Below, piece by piece: positions 14,563-27,949 of a stretch of DNA of 64,000 bases. A program made the translations under genes and the position numbers. Origin of the DNA: Rhynchobatus australiae (lineage: Eukaryota); contig JAUZTB010000127.1 in the NCBI GenBank assembly GCA_034780895.1, forward strand, positions 21,349,115 through 21,413,114. The letters are read 5' to 3'. The number at the start of each line of letters is the position of its first letter. Position 1 is the first letter of the stretch. The notes under the pieces were generated by a model. The model was given only the letters and a program-made list of their open reading frames with translations. It was not told where the DNA came from and did not search any database.

Positions 14563-14709
14563 ATACTTAAATTGAGACTTTAACCTGGCCATACAGAGAA
14601 CAGTAACCCACACAGATAAAACCGAGCCAAGGAAGTCACAGTATTGAAGAGTATCGTATTCCATAATGCACAAGACTGCAATTCCTGGTTGATCACATGC
14701 ATGATAAAA
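14563..14709 (-). CDS. PGAP6: PGAP6 exon 11
   Basis: ccttacag|FYHACDQPGIAVLCIMEYDTLQYCDFLGS...LCMARL..KY|gtaagt. Contains the CREST-family FYHACD motif. Confidence 0.97.
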
Positions 14710-15275
14710 CTGTAAGGAATAAGTTTTTAAAATTGTCATTTATCTATTTATTCAAAATTTGTCAGACTAAAAAGGTTAAATGATAATCATTCTACAATGG
14801 ATAATTTTCTTTTATAAATATTAGTACAATAGCATCCTTTAAACTGGCACTAGATTAACAAAAACCCAGATCACGTGTGCATGAAATAGATTCAATTAAA
14901 AATCAGGTCCAGGCCAACACCAAAAAATGACCACGAAAGCTACTGGGGCAACATCTGAATCAAAGAGTTTTGTTAATGCCCTTTGGGGAACAAAACAAGG
15001 GATTTTTGCCAAGTCTGGCTTCATGTTAACTTAGTCACAGAATGCATCATTGAACACTAATGCTTTATATACAAACAAATGAAAATTAACAAGTCCAAAT
15101 AATGTATTTTAGTTTTATAATGCAAGTTATAATTGAAGAAAACAAAAATTTAAGGATAAATGTGTACATAGAAATTACTCGTTGCTATTTCTTCAGTATT
15201 GGTCACAATACCTATACATAACTCTAACAATAAATAACACCAAAACTGAACATCATTCAATTCACTGTATGGAAT

Positions 15276-16077
15276 TTAAAGCAGACAAGTGTGAAGTGTT
15301 GCACTTTGAGAGGACAAACCAGAGTAACACAGAGTGAATGGTAGGGCTCTGAGGTGTGCAGTAGAACAAAGGGACCTGGGAATAGAGATCCACAGTTCCT
15401 TGAAAGTGGTGTCACAGCTAGGTAGGGTTGTAAAGAGAGCTTTTGGCACTTTGGCCTTCATCAATCAGGGCACTGAGTACAGGAGTTAGGATGTTATGTT
15501 GAAGTTGTACAAGACATTGGTGAGACCAAATTTAGAATATCATGTGCAGTTCTGGTCATCTACCTACAGGAAAGATATCAATAAGCTTGAAAGAGTGCAG
15601 AGAAAACTTACAAGGATGTTGTCAGGACTTGAGGACCCGAGTTTATAGGGAAAGCTTGAATAGGTTAGGACTTTATTCCCTGGAGCACGGGAGAATAAGG
15701 GGAGATCTTATAGAGCTATACAAAATTATGAGGGGTATAGACAGGGTGAATGCATACAGGCTTTTTCAACCACCCCCCCCTCTCCAAGGTTGGATGAGAC
15801 TAGAACTATAGGACATAGGTTTAGGGTGAAAGGTGAAATATACAAGGGGAATCTGAGGGGGAACTTCTTCACTCAGAGGGTGGTGCAAGTGTGGAATGAG
15901 CTGCCAGCGAAAGTAGTAGATGGGGGTTCAATTGTAACATTTAAGAGAGATTTGGATAGGTACATGGAGGGGTTTGGATGGATATGGTCCAGCTGTAGGC
16001 AGATAGGACTAGGCAGAAGATCAGGATGGCATGGACTAGATGGGGCAAAGGGCCCATTTCTGTGCTGTAATACTCTA
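15276..16077 (+). mobile_element. CR1-type LINE 3' fragment
   Basis: LNRLGLYSLE..RGDLIELYKIMRG..NFFTQRVVQVWNELP. High similarity to 23593-24290. Confidence 0.93.
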
Positions 16078-17484
16078 NNNNNNNNNNNNNNNNNNNNNNN
16101 NNNNNNNNNNNNNNNNNNNCTCAGGAAGTATCAAAGATATATAACTTGTAGAACAAACAAAATAACACGATTTCTTCCTCTCCCAAGTTTGTCTCTTGTT
16201 CTCTAGTAGTTTGTAACCCCTCTCCTAGTTTTTGCTCTTCTCACTCAATTGCCCCAGTTTGCCTCTACCCAGTTAATTTTGCACACTCCTTTGTCTACAT
16301 TTTTGTTAATTGTCTTTTTAACCTCCCAAGGCAATCTTGAGAAAACTGGTCCATTTTTTTTTGTCTACATGAAGTGATTGGTTCTGCCAGAATATCTTTT
16401 TTGAAAAAAAAAACAGGATAATCATTGAAATCCAAGAACATATGAAGCCTACCTGCCTGTAGGATAAATCAAAGGAATTCGATTAAGATTCCCCTTATTA
16501 CAATACTGGAACTGTGAGGAGTTGTTCCTCCTTCAGAGTTCAGGGATCAGAAAGCACAGTTAGAAAATAAATTACAGCAACTAGCCCTCAAGCTTTTCAA
16601 AAAAATGTGGGGATTGACTCTGTTCTTTATAGTTACAATTTCCAGCATCCACAGTATTTTACTGTTACATCAATTACACTCTTTAAAATGTAAACAATTT
16701 TAAACATTCATGCCATCTGTCTTGGGCATTTCCTCATGTTGAAAATACATACATGAAAGCTACTGGGGCAACATATTAACTAAACAATTTTCTTAATGCC
16801 CTTCAGTGAACAAAACAAGAACTTCTACTCAGTTTGGCTAAATGTCAATTTAGTCACAGACTGCATCACTGAGCCTCAATACCTTGGATTCAAGTGCAAG
16901 CACAGACGCAAGAAGCCATCTCAAAAGTCTTTCTGACTACAATTTCACTTTAAGGGGGAGAAATTTCTTTGGGCTCCAGTGGCAAATACAAGAGTATTGT
17001 TTTCAATTGAACCAAATGCTGGGAGGAGTTAAACCAGCCCATACACTTGCACACCCATTAAACACCTGCAGCCAGTGCCATTCCCCACTGCTTTTTCTAT
17101 AAAATATAGATCTACATTGAGTTCAGAGCAATTTTCTTAAATGAATTCAGAAAACTGTTTACATGGTAATGTGTGGTAGAACTTCAAAGCACATGCCATA
17201 TCAGGTTTGACCCATATCCCATTAGACTGGGCAAGTGAAGTCTAAAGTTACATTTTCATAACTGAAAATACTTCTAAATTAGAAACCTTAGTTGTAAGTC
17301 CATCTGCTTACTAATGAGTAACATTTCCAACAGGGGCAAATATCAGAAATTTACTTTTCTTGGGCAGTTTACTATAACTACATCACAGTAAAAAGGAAAC
17401 TTTCAAATTAAAATATATTCATTATTTTGATTAAAATGGGAATTAGTGCATTGTTAATAGTATGTCTACTGTTCTTAAGATTAC

Positions 17485-17663
17485 CGTTGAGAAAATCATG
17501 GTGAAGAGATACACAGCAGCCTCTACAAAGTAATAGCGATGTATAGCAACCACAGTCGGTGGGATGAACATGAGATTACTCAATGTCAACAAGAGAGTTG
17601 CAAGCAATTGATGTCCGTATGATAAAGCATGAGTATCATCTGTGCAGCTCCATCCATTCCAGC
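17485..17663 (-). CDS. PGAP6: PGAP6 exon 10
   Basis: tccttag|GWNGWSCTDD...LLLTLSNLMFIP...EAAVYLFTMIFST|gtaatc. First transmembrane helices. Confidence 0.96.
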
Positions 17664-18211
17664 CTAAGGAATTTACAAAGGCAGAATTATTTTCTCACAC
17701 AAAGCAAACATAAAGCATGGCAGTCCACTAACAATAATGTTTTATTGAAATATAACAGATGCTTCATTTGAAATAACATAATTGATATTCAAGAATTCTT
17801 TAATCCTTGAACAATATTAAATCTGTGGCAATTCACAGCCACATACCTTTGTCCGTCAGCCACAATAACTAGTTTTTTTGTTTATTGTCAATGCAATAAA
17901 CCAGGTATACAATTTGGTATACATAATGGAGATTACAGAGAGGGAGCCTGGCTTCCAGGGNNNNNNNNNNNNNNNNNNNNNNNNNNNNNNNNNNNNNNNN
18001 NNNNNNNNNNNNNNNNNNNNNNNNNNNNNNNNNNNNNNNNNNNNNNNNNNNNNNNNNNNNNNNNNNNNNNNNNNNNNNNNNNNNNNNNNNNNNNNNNNNN
18101 NNNNNNNNNNNNNNNNNNNNNNNNNNNNNNNNNNNNNNNNNNNNNNNNNNNNNNNNNNNNNNNNNNNNNNNNNNNNNNNNNNNNNNNNNNNNNNNNNNNN
18201 NNNNNNNNNNN

Positions 18212-18259
18212 ACAGTTGATACAGTTACCCGAGCAGACTCCTTCACACAAACCTGACTG
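18212..18259 (-). CDS. PGAP6: PGAP6 exon 9, 5' part only (rest, expected to include the EGF-like domain, is in gap 17961-18211)
   Basis: Polypyrimidine tract plus tagcag acceptor, then in-frame (S)QVCVKESARVTVST running into Ns. Position and phase fit the exon expected between exons 8 and 10. Confidence 0.75.
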
Positions 18260-19004
18260 CTAAAATACAGAAAAGACCAATTAATACTAAGTTATAGCTT
18301 TTCAGTGTTTGACAATTTGGTGTTACTACCTCTAAATACTTATTAATGAAAGTAGGTTTTAGGCACAATGCCCTCTTAACATACAAATTGAATATCAGAC
18401 AGGATCAAAAAGCATTACATCTATGTAGTCCTTATGGTACGGAACACCAACTCCACCATCAGTTTTATTTAAATGTGTGCATCCCTCAAACCTTTATGAA
18501 ACTCTATTAAATGTCCTTTTCAAGCATTTCAAAGCAAAAAGCTGTAATTTAAAATCTGGTCTATGACTCCTCCACAATTACCTCAAAATAAATTTAGAAA
18601 GTTGGTGACCAAAATTGTAAATAACTTTCCCAAAATGTGAACACATTATTGATCTATGCAAGAGTACAATAATTAGTTTCAAACTGCTTAAATGTCTAGT
18701 ATGTGGCATCAGATATCAGCTTATGTTACTTAAAACACTACAGTGAATCATGTATAATCACAATTAAACTATTTTGTTTCTCCATCTTTGCAAAAGCTAC
18801 CATTGTATTTTTTCATTATCTATCATGGATTAAAATCTGACATAAATTAAAATGAGCCTTTAAGTTTGACTGTACAGCCATGTACCAGAGGTAAGGCTGA
18901 GCAACCAGATGAACCATCAATGCAACTGCCACAGTCAAATCAAAAACTTACTAAAGCAATTCTCCAAAAATACACCTCATAGTTACACAATGCAGGATAT
19001 TGCT

Positions 19005-19290
19005 TTGAAGACCCACACCTCAAGGTTCAACAATACCTTCTTCCCCACTGGCATCAGGTTCTGGAACAGATCTGAAAAACTCTAATTCTACCTCGGACTA
19101 CATTTCCCTCAACATGCACTAATGTCATTGTTTATTTTTGTTTACTGTTGTGCAAGTTATGTATAATTTATGTTAATTTAAGCTTATGTAATTTATGTTT
19201 GTCATGTTTGTGCTGCTGCTACAAAAAGGCTAATTTTCATGGCATTTATACCCTGGGTACGTCTGCCCATGACAGTACACTTGAACTCAT
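19005..19290 (+). mobile_element. Rex/Babar-type LINE 3' remnant
   Basis: cacacctcaaggttcaacaataccttcttcccc resembles the ORF2 end 'T.R..NSFFP', followed by a T-rich 3'UTR. Confidence 0.5.
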
Positions 19291-20479
19291 CTTCATTCAC
19301 TGTACCTAGCATATAATTACATTTGCTTACAATTTTTCTATTGTGTCAATGTAGCATTAATTTTTCATTCCCAAACATATAACTAGTGAAAAGTTTGAGG
19401 AATTGTTACATAGATTGCAGCCCCTCAGTGTACAGTGGCAGCAGAACCCCAGACTTTGACCTTTCTCCATCAAGCTTTGGGATGGCTGCACCAAGCTTCA
19501 GTGCATCACACTGCTGGGAATGAGCCAGTTTGAACATTTGGTAGAAACAGTTCCTTGCATTTGCTAGACCACGACATTTCTGAAGTATAAGACTGGTCGT
19601 GAATGGCACTGCTAGCTTGAAGGGCTGGAAGGCCTACCCCTGCTCTTTACATTCCAGCAGAATAATTAAAAATGAAAAACAATTTAAATAAAAAAACTTT
19701 CTTGCAACATAAAATATGAAATGTCAATCTAATCCTCCATAATTTAGAGATTACTAGTTCAAAGAAACATGATAGTTACCCCCTCCTAATCCTATGTCAC
19801 ACAAATGCACACTATATCTTAAGTGACTACTTAAACTTTAAGTGTGCACAGTTAAAATGCCACATTTCAACTAGTATTGAAATATCCTTGATATGCATTC
19901 CAATTATTTCAATGTTAACAACAAATCGACTCCAGGTTTATATCCCAGATGGTGGTTGACTGGGAGTTTCATACATCAGAGAGGCNNNNNNNNNNNNNNN
20001 NNNNNNNNNNNNNNNNNNNNNNNNNNNNNNNNNNNNNNNNNNNNNNNNNNNNNNNNNNNNNNNNNNNNNNNNNNNNNNNNNNNNNNNNNNNNNNNNNNNN
20101 NNNNNNNNNNNNNNNNNNNNNNNNNNNNNNNNNNNNNNNNNNNNNNNNNNNNNNNNNNNNNNNNNNNNNNNNNNNNNNNNNNNNNNNNNNNNNNNNNNNN
20201 NNNNNNNNNNNNNNNNNNNNNNNNNNNNNNNNNNNNNGTTAGAAGCAAGGCTAGAAGAATATTCAAATCATTTGCATCTCAACCTTCACCAGGAACAATA
20301 ATCCATTATTTACATTATTCATGCTTGTTGCCTTTCAAATTAAATTCTATTTTTGTTCCTTTACATGCAAATCATGGAATGATTTCAGCCTTGGCTCAAT
20401 GTTACCTTTCAGCCAACCACATCAGAAAGTCATGAATTCAAGACAGAGACTCCAAAGACAGAACCCTATAATCTACGGT

Positions 20480-20835
20480 GACATTTCAACTGCATTACTG
20501 TGGAAGTCCTGGCCTACCAACAGAAGTACTGTCTTTTGAATGAGACATTTAACATAGCCATTTATCTGCCCTCTGAATGTGGGCTTAAAAGATCTCATGG
20601 CACTATCCAAATAGCCAAAGGCTTCTTTTAGCCATTGGTCTTTTCAAAAGATATGAACGAAACAGAATATCTGGTAAATTTTGTTCACGACATCAAGAAT
20701 CTTCTCCTGCAAACAGGAGAACATTCCTGCTGTCATGCGCAATTTACCTGTGACACTTTCATATATTAGTATTTACATTGATTATGAAGTGCTTTGTGAT
20801 ATCCCAGGGTACTGAAAGAATGAAATAAATGTAAA
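20480..20835 (+). mobile_element. Old SINE remnant with L2-like tail (Deu/SacSINE-like)
   Basis: Tail gaagtgctttgtgatatccc...aaataaatgtaa. Similar degenerate pieces at ~5090-5300 and ~41200-41420. Confidence 0.4.
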
Positions 20836-21053
20836 ATCGGTCTATTAATTTTTTAAAAACTTGATCTTGGCAGGGTCCAAAATTTTGTTACTTTTTTTGC
20901 ACATGCTTTATTCAACTTACCTTTGAACATCTGAACACATTAAAATAATTAATCTGTTAATGTACTATGAAGTGCATTCGTTTAATTAAGTCTAAGTCAA
21001 TTAAAGACTATTTGAATTTGAATGATTGATTTCATGATCAACAATGGCCTCAC

Positions 21054-21177
21054 CCTTTATCATTGGGGCACAGGATTTGCAAGGTGAGGTACCAACGGTC
21101 AGTCTCTGGGTAAGGAACATGAAGGGATGTTGATAATATCGAAGTATTCATTTTAAGCAGATATCCCCAAGATAAGG
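21054..21177 (-). CDS. PGAP6: PGAP6 exon 8
   Basis: ttttcaaag|..WGYLLKMN...VPYPETDRWYLTLQILCP..|gtgagg (conserved PYPETDxWYLxLQ). Confidence 0.93.
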
Positions 21178-22519
21178 CTTTGAAAAGAAAAACATATATT
21201 ATAATGCATACAATGCATAAAAACAAAACCCAAAAAGATGTAGTCTTAAATATATAGACTTAAACAATCCAAAGTCATGGCAGACCCACTNNNNNCATTC
21301 TTTGATTTTTTTTTACCTGCATGCAGGATTGTACAGAACTATTGCAAAAGACTTCAGGCTAGCTTGAAGCATTGCAACAGCAAAGCATTGATCACTCTGA
21401 GCTAGCATAGTGATAAAATTTTTCAAAAAACATCCAAACCATTACAAATAGTCATAGCATGAAAGGATTAGACTTTTTAAGCAAAAACATTATAGAATGC
21501 AGTGAGAAATTGGGATCATCCACATCAAATTTAATCAAGTTTTAAAAGAAACTTGTAAAAAGGATTTAAAAGGAACTTGATAGAGGTTTCTTAGCTGTGG
21601 AGATTCCATAAAGCTAATAAATGCTTCTTCCCAACTTAAATTCTCCTTTTCACTTTGTGGAATTACAGATTGAAAGAGAGAATTAGAACTTTCTATCTAT
21701 CCTGATGAAATGCATACATCAAAAATCCTGTTAACCTGAAAAGATTCCAGACCCTGGATCGTCAGATAAGCAGACACTATTCTCAATGAAAGCAAATATA
21801 TCCAAAGTCTGAAACAACACCATTGGAGTCCCATTTCCTATACCTGACAGATCTTATATTATGGACACTTCTTGAATTCAAAGTGAAATATTCTACCTCT
21901 AGAATATGAGAACTAAGCCTAAACTAACCCCAAAATATTTGCTTTGGCCAATTATAAACTCTGGCTATTGGCAATATCATTGCCTAAGAAGAGATTTGTT
22001 CCAAAGAGATTTTAAGGTTTTCTGCAGGTGAGAGCAATTCTCCCAAAGCAGAGTTCTAATCACTGCAAATGGACTTCAGAAACTCGGAAGTGCAGAGAAC
22101 AGAAGATGAAATGTTACCCATGTTGTTCAGTTATGCAAGTTTTTGAAATAAAGTAATGCATTAAACCCTATTGAAAAACTAAGTTCACAAAAATATTCCA
22201 AATTAATCTGAAACACAGAGAATGAAATTAATTTTAAAGAAATTCAAAAGACAAAGCAAATGCCATATTCTGCAAAAGCAACAAGCACCAAGATCAGAGA
22301 CCTAAACGAAATTTACAAAGGAACAGAATGTAGGTATAGCCTTCAGAAACCAGATGCAAGCTCTGTGATTGATTTCTTTAATCTTCACACAGCTTCATTC
22401 AATTGTAACAGATTTTCAATACAGTCAAATCACCATAATGTTGAAAACAAAAGACTGCAAATTCAAGCCCAAAATATCAGATAATTAGAGCTTCATTGTA
22501 TTTGTGAACTATTGAGTAC

Positions 22520-22616
22520 CTTCTCTGCAGTTCATGGAATTGAGATCTACGGACATCACAGGAGACCCAGCACTTAAACAGGCAAACACAGTTGCGTTTT
22601 CATTCGATAGTGAAGT
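22520..22616 (-). CDS. PGAP6: PGAP6 exon 7
   Basis: cttttag|TSLSNENATVFACLSAGSPVMSVDLNSMNCRE G|gtactc. 97 nt, phase consistent. Confidence 0.9.
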
Positions 22617-23592
22617 CTAAAAGATTAAAAACAATTTTGTTATGTATCCCTCAATAACAAAACTTTTATTTCTATACAGAAAATAAGTATCAGCAATGCG
22701 TCCTTGTACCTTCGGTTTCTAAGTACAGAACAGGGATGATCTCAAGCAAAATGATGAACTAAAATCTAAAAGGGACAATGGTCAATAAAAGGTGCCATTG
22801 GCAACAAAAAAAGTAATGAGAGAGGAAAACTTGTCATAATTTCAAAGTTTTCTGACAGGAACAGAAGACAAACATTTGTAGAAAACCAAATCTGGGACAG
22901 ATGGGAAACTTTTTTTTGCATTAAATCCTCAATCGTTTTTCATATTCTTGTAAACAGAGTGAAATATAGGTCATTTAAATTGTAATTAAATGCTTTTGGA
23001 AACTAGTGTATTTGAGGACAAAGCTTTAAATGGGCCAGAATTTTTAAATCCATTTCCTTTTTCATACACGGAACTCAAAATTCTGCACCTTATTCACTCC
23101 TTAGTACTTATAGCTCAAATTAGGTTGCTACATTATGAGAAAAGTTAAAATGCATATTTTTTAAAAAACCATTATATCATAACTAATTTGCATGTACATC
23201 TCATCGGTTTCTGTCAATCCTANNNNNNNNNNNNNNNNNNNNNNNNNNNNNNNNNNNNNNNNNNNNNNNNNNNNNNNNNNNNNNNNNNNNNNNNNNNNNN
23301 NNNNNNNNNNNNNNNNNNNNNNNNNNNNNNNNNNNNNNNNNNNNNNNNNNNNNNNNNNNNNNNNNNNNNNNNNNNNNNNNNNNNNNNNNNNNNNNNNNNN
23401 NNNNNNNNNNNNNNNNNNNNNNNNNNNNNNNNNNNNNNNNNNNNNNNNNNNNNNNNNNNNNNNNNNNNNNNNNNNNNNNNNNNNNNNNNNNNNNNNNNNN
23501 NNNNNNNNNNNNNNNNNNNNNNNNNNNNNNNNNNNNNNNNNNNNNNNNNNNNNNNNNNNNNNNNNNNNNNNNNNNNNNNNNNNNNNNNNNNC

Positions 23593-24292
23593 AACTAGTC
23601 CACGCGAACCTGATATTCTGCCTAGTCCCATCCACTTGCACCCGGACCACATCCCTCCAAACCTCTCCCATCTATGTAACTATCCAAACTTCTTAAATGT
23701 TACAGTTGAACCCACATCTACAACTTCCCCTGGCAGCTCGTTCCACACTCTCACCACCCTCTGAAGAAGTGGTGAAATATTGAAGGGGAATCTATGTCCT
23801 CTAGTTCTAGTCTCACCCAACCTTAGGGGAAAAAGCCTACATATACCCCTCATAATTTTGTAGACCTCTACAAGATCTCCCCTCATTCTCCTGTGCTCCA
23901 GGAAATAAAGTCCTAACCTATTCAACCTTGCCCTATAATTCAGGTCCTTAATTCCAGCAACATCCTTGCAAATTTTCTCTGCACTCTTTCAAGCTTATTG
24001 AAATCTTTCTGTAGGTAAGATGACCAAAACTGCACACTATACTCTAAATTTGGCCTCATCAAAGTCTTGTACAACTTCAACATAACATCCCAACTCCTGT
24101 ACTCAATGCCCTGATTTATGAGGGCCAAAGTGCTAAAAGCTCTCTTTATGACCCTATCCACCTGTGACACGACTATCAAGGAACTATGGATCTGTATTCC
24201 CTGGTCCCTTTGTTCTACCGCACACCTAGGAGCCCTACCATTCACTTTGCAAGTCTTACCCTGGTTTGCCCTCCCAAAATGCAACACCTTTA
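23593..24292 (-). mobile_element. CR1-type LINE 3' fragment
   Basis: VLHFGRANQ..LYKTLMRPNLEYSVQFWS..LERVQRKF..RGDLVEVYKIMRG. Confidence 0.93.
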
Positions 24293-24589
24293 AAGTAGTA
24301 TACATGACACCACACAAACAGACGACAAAGCTAGCTGACGAAAAATTGAGGGTATTGTCTAATACTTTGACTTAACTGGAAACAGTAACCCACTTAACTG
24401 GAAACAGTTTACAAGAACTAATAAGGCAAGTTGATGAATGTGAGAGTTGATAATGCAATGAAATGAAAAGGAATGGGCCAACTAAATGAACAGGAAAAGA
24501 AATTGTTTCATCTAAATCAAATCAGACTGAGAGTTTCCAAACTTAAGGAAATAAAAATTAGATAGACATGTAAAATTACAAAACTATAC

Positions 24590-24912
24590 CTTATTTAACT
24601 GCAAGTTCAAGATGATGGCACCACCATTATCTCTTCTTGTATTCAAGTTCAACAGAAGAATTATAGGATAGTCAGAGGTGATAAAAACATCTGGTCCATT
24701 TAAAACAAAAAATCTCACAGAATCAACATCCAAAGCTTCCCGAAGAACAGGCTGATTATGAAAACATGATTTCCAATCATTAATTGCTTCAGTATTATTT
24801 ATCTTCATGTTTACTCTAAACATATCCATATTGTTTGTTATTGAACTCTTGCTTGACAGAGTGAAGTTTTTATTCATAGTGGGAAGATATCCAGCATCAA
24901 CAAGTGTACATA
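24590..24912 (-). CDS. PGAP6: PGAP6 exon 6
   Basis: ctcttgcag| ... |gtatag. Translates ..SCFHNQPVLREALDVDSVRF...LNLNTRRDNGGAIILNLQLNK (TMEM8A-like PVxREDxDV and DSGG motifs). Confidence 0.92.
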
Positions 24913-25699
24913 CTGCAAGAGATAAGACAATCAACATTTATATTTAGGTAACTTGTAAAATGCACACATCACTTTATTCAAGTAATACAAATATTAAATA
25001 TGAAAAAAAATCATCTAGATTTCTTGTTCTTTCCATTACCCTCAATTGAACATCCTNNNNNNNNNNNNNNNNNNNNNNNNNNNNNNNNNNNNNNNNNNNN
25101 NNNNNNNNNNNNNNNNNNNNNNNNNNNNNNNNNNNNNNNNNNNNNNNNNNNNNNNNNNNNNNNNNNNNNNNNNNNNNNNNNNNNNNNNNNNNNNNNNNNN
25201 NNNNNNNNNNNNNNNNNNNNNNNNNNNNNNNNNNNNNNNNNNNNNNNNNNNNNNNNNNNNNNNNNNNNNNNNNNNNNNNNNNNNNNNNNNNNNNNNNNNN
25301 NNNNNNNNNNNNNNNNNNNNNNNNNNNNNNNNNNNNNNNNNNNNNNNNNNNNNNNNNNNNNNNNNNNNNNNNNNNNNNNNNNNNNNNNNNNNNNNNNNNN
25401 NNNNNNNNNNNNNNNNNNNNNNNNNNNNNNNNNNNNNNNNNNNNNNNNNNNNNNNNNNNNNNNNNNNNNNNNNNNNNNNNNNNNNNNNNNNNNNNNNNNN
25501 NNNNNNNNNNNNNNNNNNNNNNNNNNNNNNNNNNNNNNNNNNNNNNNNNNNNNNNNNNNNNNNNNNNNNNNNNNNNNNNNNNNNNNNNNNNNNNNNNNNN
25601 NNNNNNNNNNNNNNNNNNNNNNNNNTTTGGGACACTAGGTGATACTGCCATTCACAAATGATTCAAATTCAGCTAAAATTGCAACTAGATATAAAAGTT

Positions 25700-27567
25700 G
25701 TGTGGAGACATGAGACTGCAGATGCTGGAATCTGGAACAACAAATTATCTACTGGAGGAACTCAACGGATCAAGCAGCATCTACGGGGAGGAAAGGGAAT
25801 TGTTAACATTTCAGGTCAAGACCTTGCATCAGAATTGGGTGTGGATAGTGAAAGTAGCTAGTATAAAGAGGAAAGGGGGAGCGGTGAAACAGGGGCCAGT
25901 AGTGCACTGAGGATGGGTGAAGGATGATGGGCAGATTGAGCTAGGCAGGGAAGGCGGAGGGATGGAGTTGGGAGACAGAGGCAGATGGATGATAGGTGGA
26001 GGCAGACAAACAAAAAAGGCAGATGGAGCCAAGTGTGGGGAAGGGAGGGTGAAGGTGGAGACAGCTGAAAGTGGAAACACAAAAGCTACTGGTGCTGGAA
26101 TCTGATAAATAAGGAAGGTGATAATGGGAACCATTACTAGAGAGGTGAAGGNNNNNNNNNNNNNNNNNNNNNNNNNNNNNNNNNNNNNNNNNNNNNNNNN
26201 NNNNNNNNNNNNNNNNNNNNNNNNNNNNNNNNNNNNNNNNNNNNNNNNNNNAATAAGGAAGGTGATAATGGGAACCATTACTAGAGCGGTGAAGGGCAGA
26301 TGGAAGCACATGAGAGGGGGGGGATCTGGTGGGTAAAGTGTGTGGGTTGTAGGTGGATGTAAGGGGAGGAGTGAGAGAGGGACAAAAAAAATGAGAGGAC
26401 TGAAGATGAATCTGAAGGAGAGGGAGGGAAAATAAAAAACACAGAAAGGGTCACCTGAAATTGGAAAATTCAATGTTCATACCATTGGATTGTAGATTAC
26501 CCAAGGGGAATGTGAGGTGGTGTTCCTCTAGTTTGCAGTGGGCCTCACCTTGGCAGCAGAGAAGGCAAAGGATAGACTGGTCACCATTGGAAATGAGAAG
26601 GGGAGTTGAAATGGCATGCACCTGGAAACTTAGGATGGCCAGTGTAGACAGAGTGCAGATGTTCTGCAAACTGGTCACTTAATCTGCACTTGGTCTCACC
26701 AATATAGAGGTGGCCACATTGGGAGCACCAAGTGCAATAGACGAGGTTGGAGGAGGTGCACAGAGTCTTTGCCTTACCTGGAAGAGCCATTGAGGGAGGA
26801 GGTGCAAGAACAAAGGTTGCACCTCCTGCAGTAGCAGGGGAAAGTGCCAGTGGTCAGGACAAAGTGGGTGGGGAGGGATGAGCAGACCAGGGAGTCACAG
26901 AGGGAGTGGTTCCTAAAGAAGGCAGAAAGAGGTAGGGAGGAGAAGATGTGGCTGGTGGTGGAATTTCACTGCAGTGGGTGGAAATGACGAAGGATAATGT
27001 GATGATTGTGGAGGCTACTGGGGTGAAAAGCAAAGACTAGGGAAGGTCTGTTCTGTCAGGAAGCACTTGAGGTGAGATAAGTCTGTAAAATGGAGGAAAT
27101 GTGAGAGAGAGCTTCATCAACTACAGTAGAAGGGAAGTTGTTTCCCGAAAAAGGGGGACAGTTTGGATGTCCTGGAATGGAACGACTCATCCAGAGAACA
27201 TATGTGGAAGATAATGAGACACTGGAAGAAAGGGGTAGCATCCTTACTCATGAGAGGATGGGAAGAGCTGTAGTCCAGGTAGCTATGGGAGTCAGTGGGT
27301 TTATAGTAAACATCAGTGAATAGTTTATCTCCTGAGATGGAGTCACAGAGATCCAGAAAAGGGAGTGGTGTCAGAAATGTTCCAAGTGGGTTTGAGAGCA
27401 GGGTGGAAGTTGGTACTGAGGATGATAAAATTGACAAGTTCTGCATGGGTTCAGGAAGCAGCACAAGTGCAGTTACGTAACAGAGAAAGAGTTGGGGACT
27501 GCTACCAGAGAAGGTTTGGAACAAGGACTGTTCCATGTAGGCAGTGAAAAGATAAGCATAGCTAGGG
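25700..27567 (-). mobile_element. Penelope-like retroelement, degenerate (RT C-terminus plus GIY-YIG endonuclease)
   Basis: Frameshifted peptides PFLDL..TDVYYKPTDSHSYLDYSSSHP and SNLVYCTWCSQCGHLYIGETKCRLSDQFAEH, LGNLQSNGMNIEFSNFR. Confidence 0.9.
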
Positions 27568-27949
27568 NNNNNNNNNNNNNNNNNNNNNNNNNNNNNNNNN
27601 NNNNNNNNNNNNNNNNNNNNNNNNNNNNNNNNNNNNNNNNNNNNNNNNNNNNNNNNNNNNNNNNNNNNNNNNNNNNNNNNNNNNNNNNNNNNNNNNNNNN
27701 NNNNNNNNNNNNNNNNNNNNNNNNNNNNNNNNNNNNNNNNNNNNNNNNNNNNNNNNNNNNNNNNNNNNNNNNNNNNNNNNNNNNNNNNNNNNNNNNNNNN
27801 NNNNNNNNNNNNNNNNNNNNNNNNNNNNNNNNNNNNNNNNNNNNNGTGGGAAATGTGTGATTATAGTAGATCAATATCTTCTAAATTTGGGCTGATTTAG
27901 TTTTGGTAGTAACAGGTCCATTATTCAAAATTAATTGCAAATGAGAAAA

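Noticed and set aside
26108-26295. Direct repeat on both sides of a 100-N gap
   Set aside because: Most likely an unmerged contig overlap.
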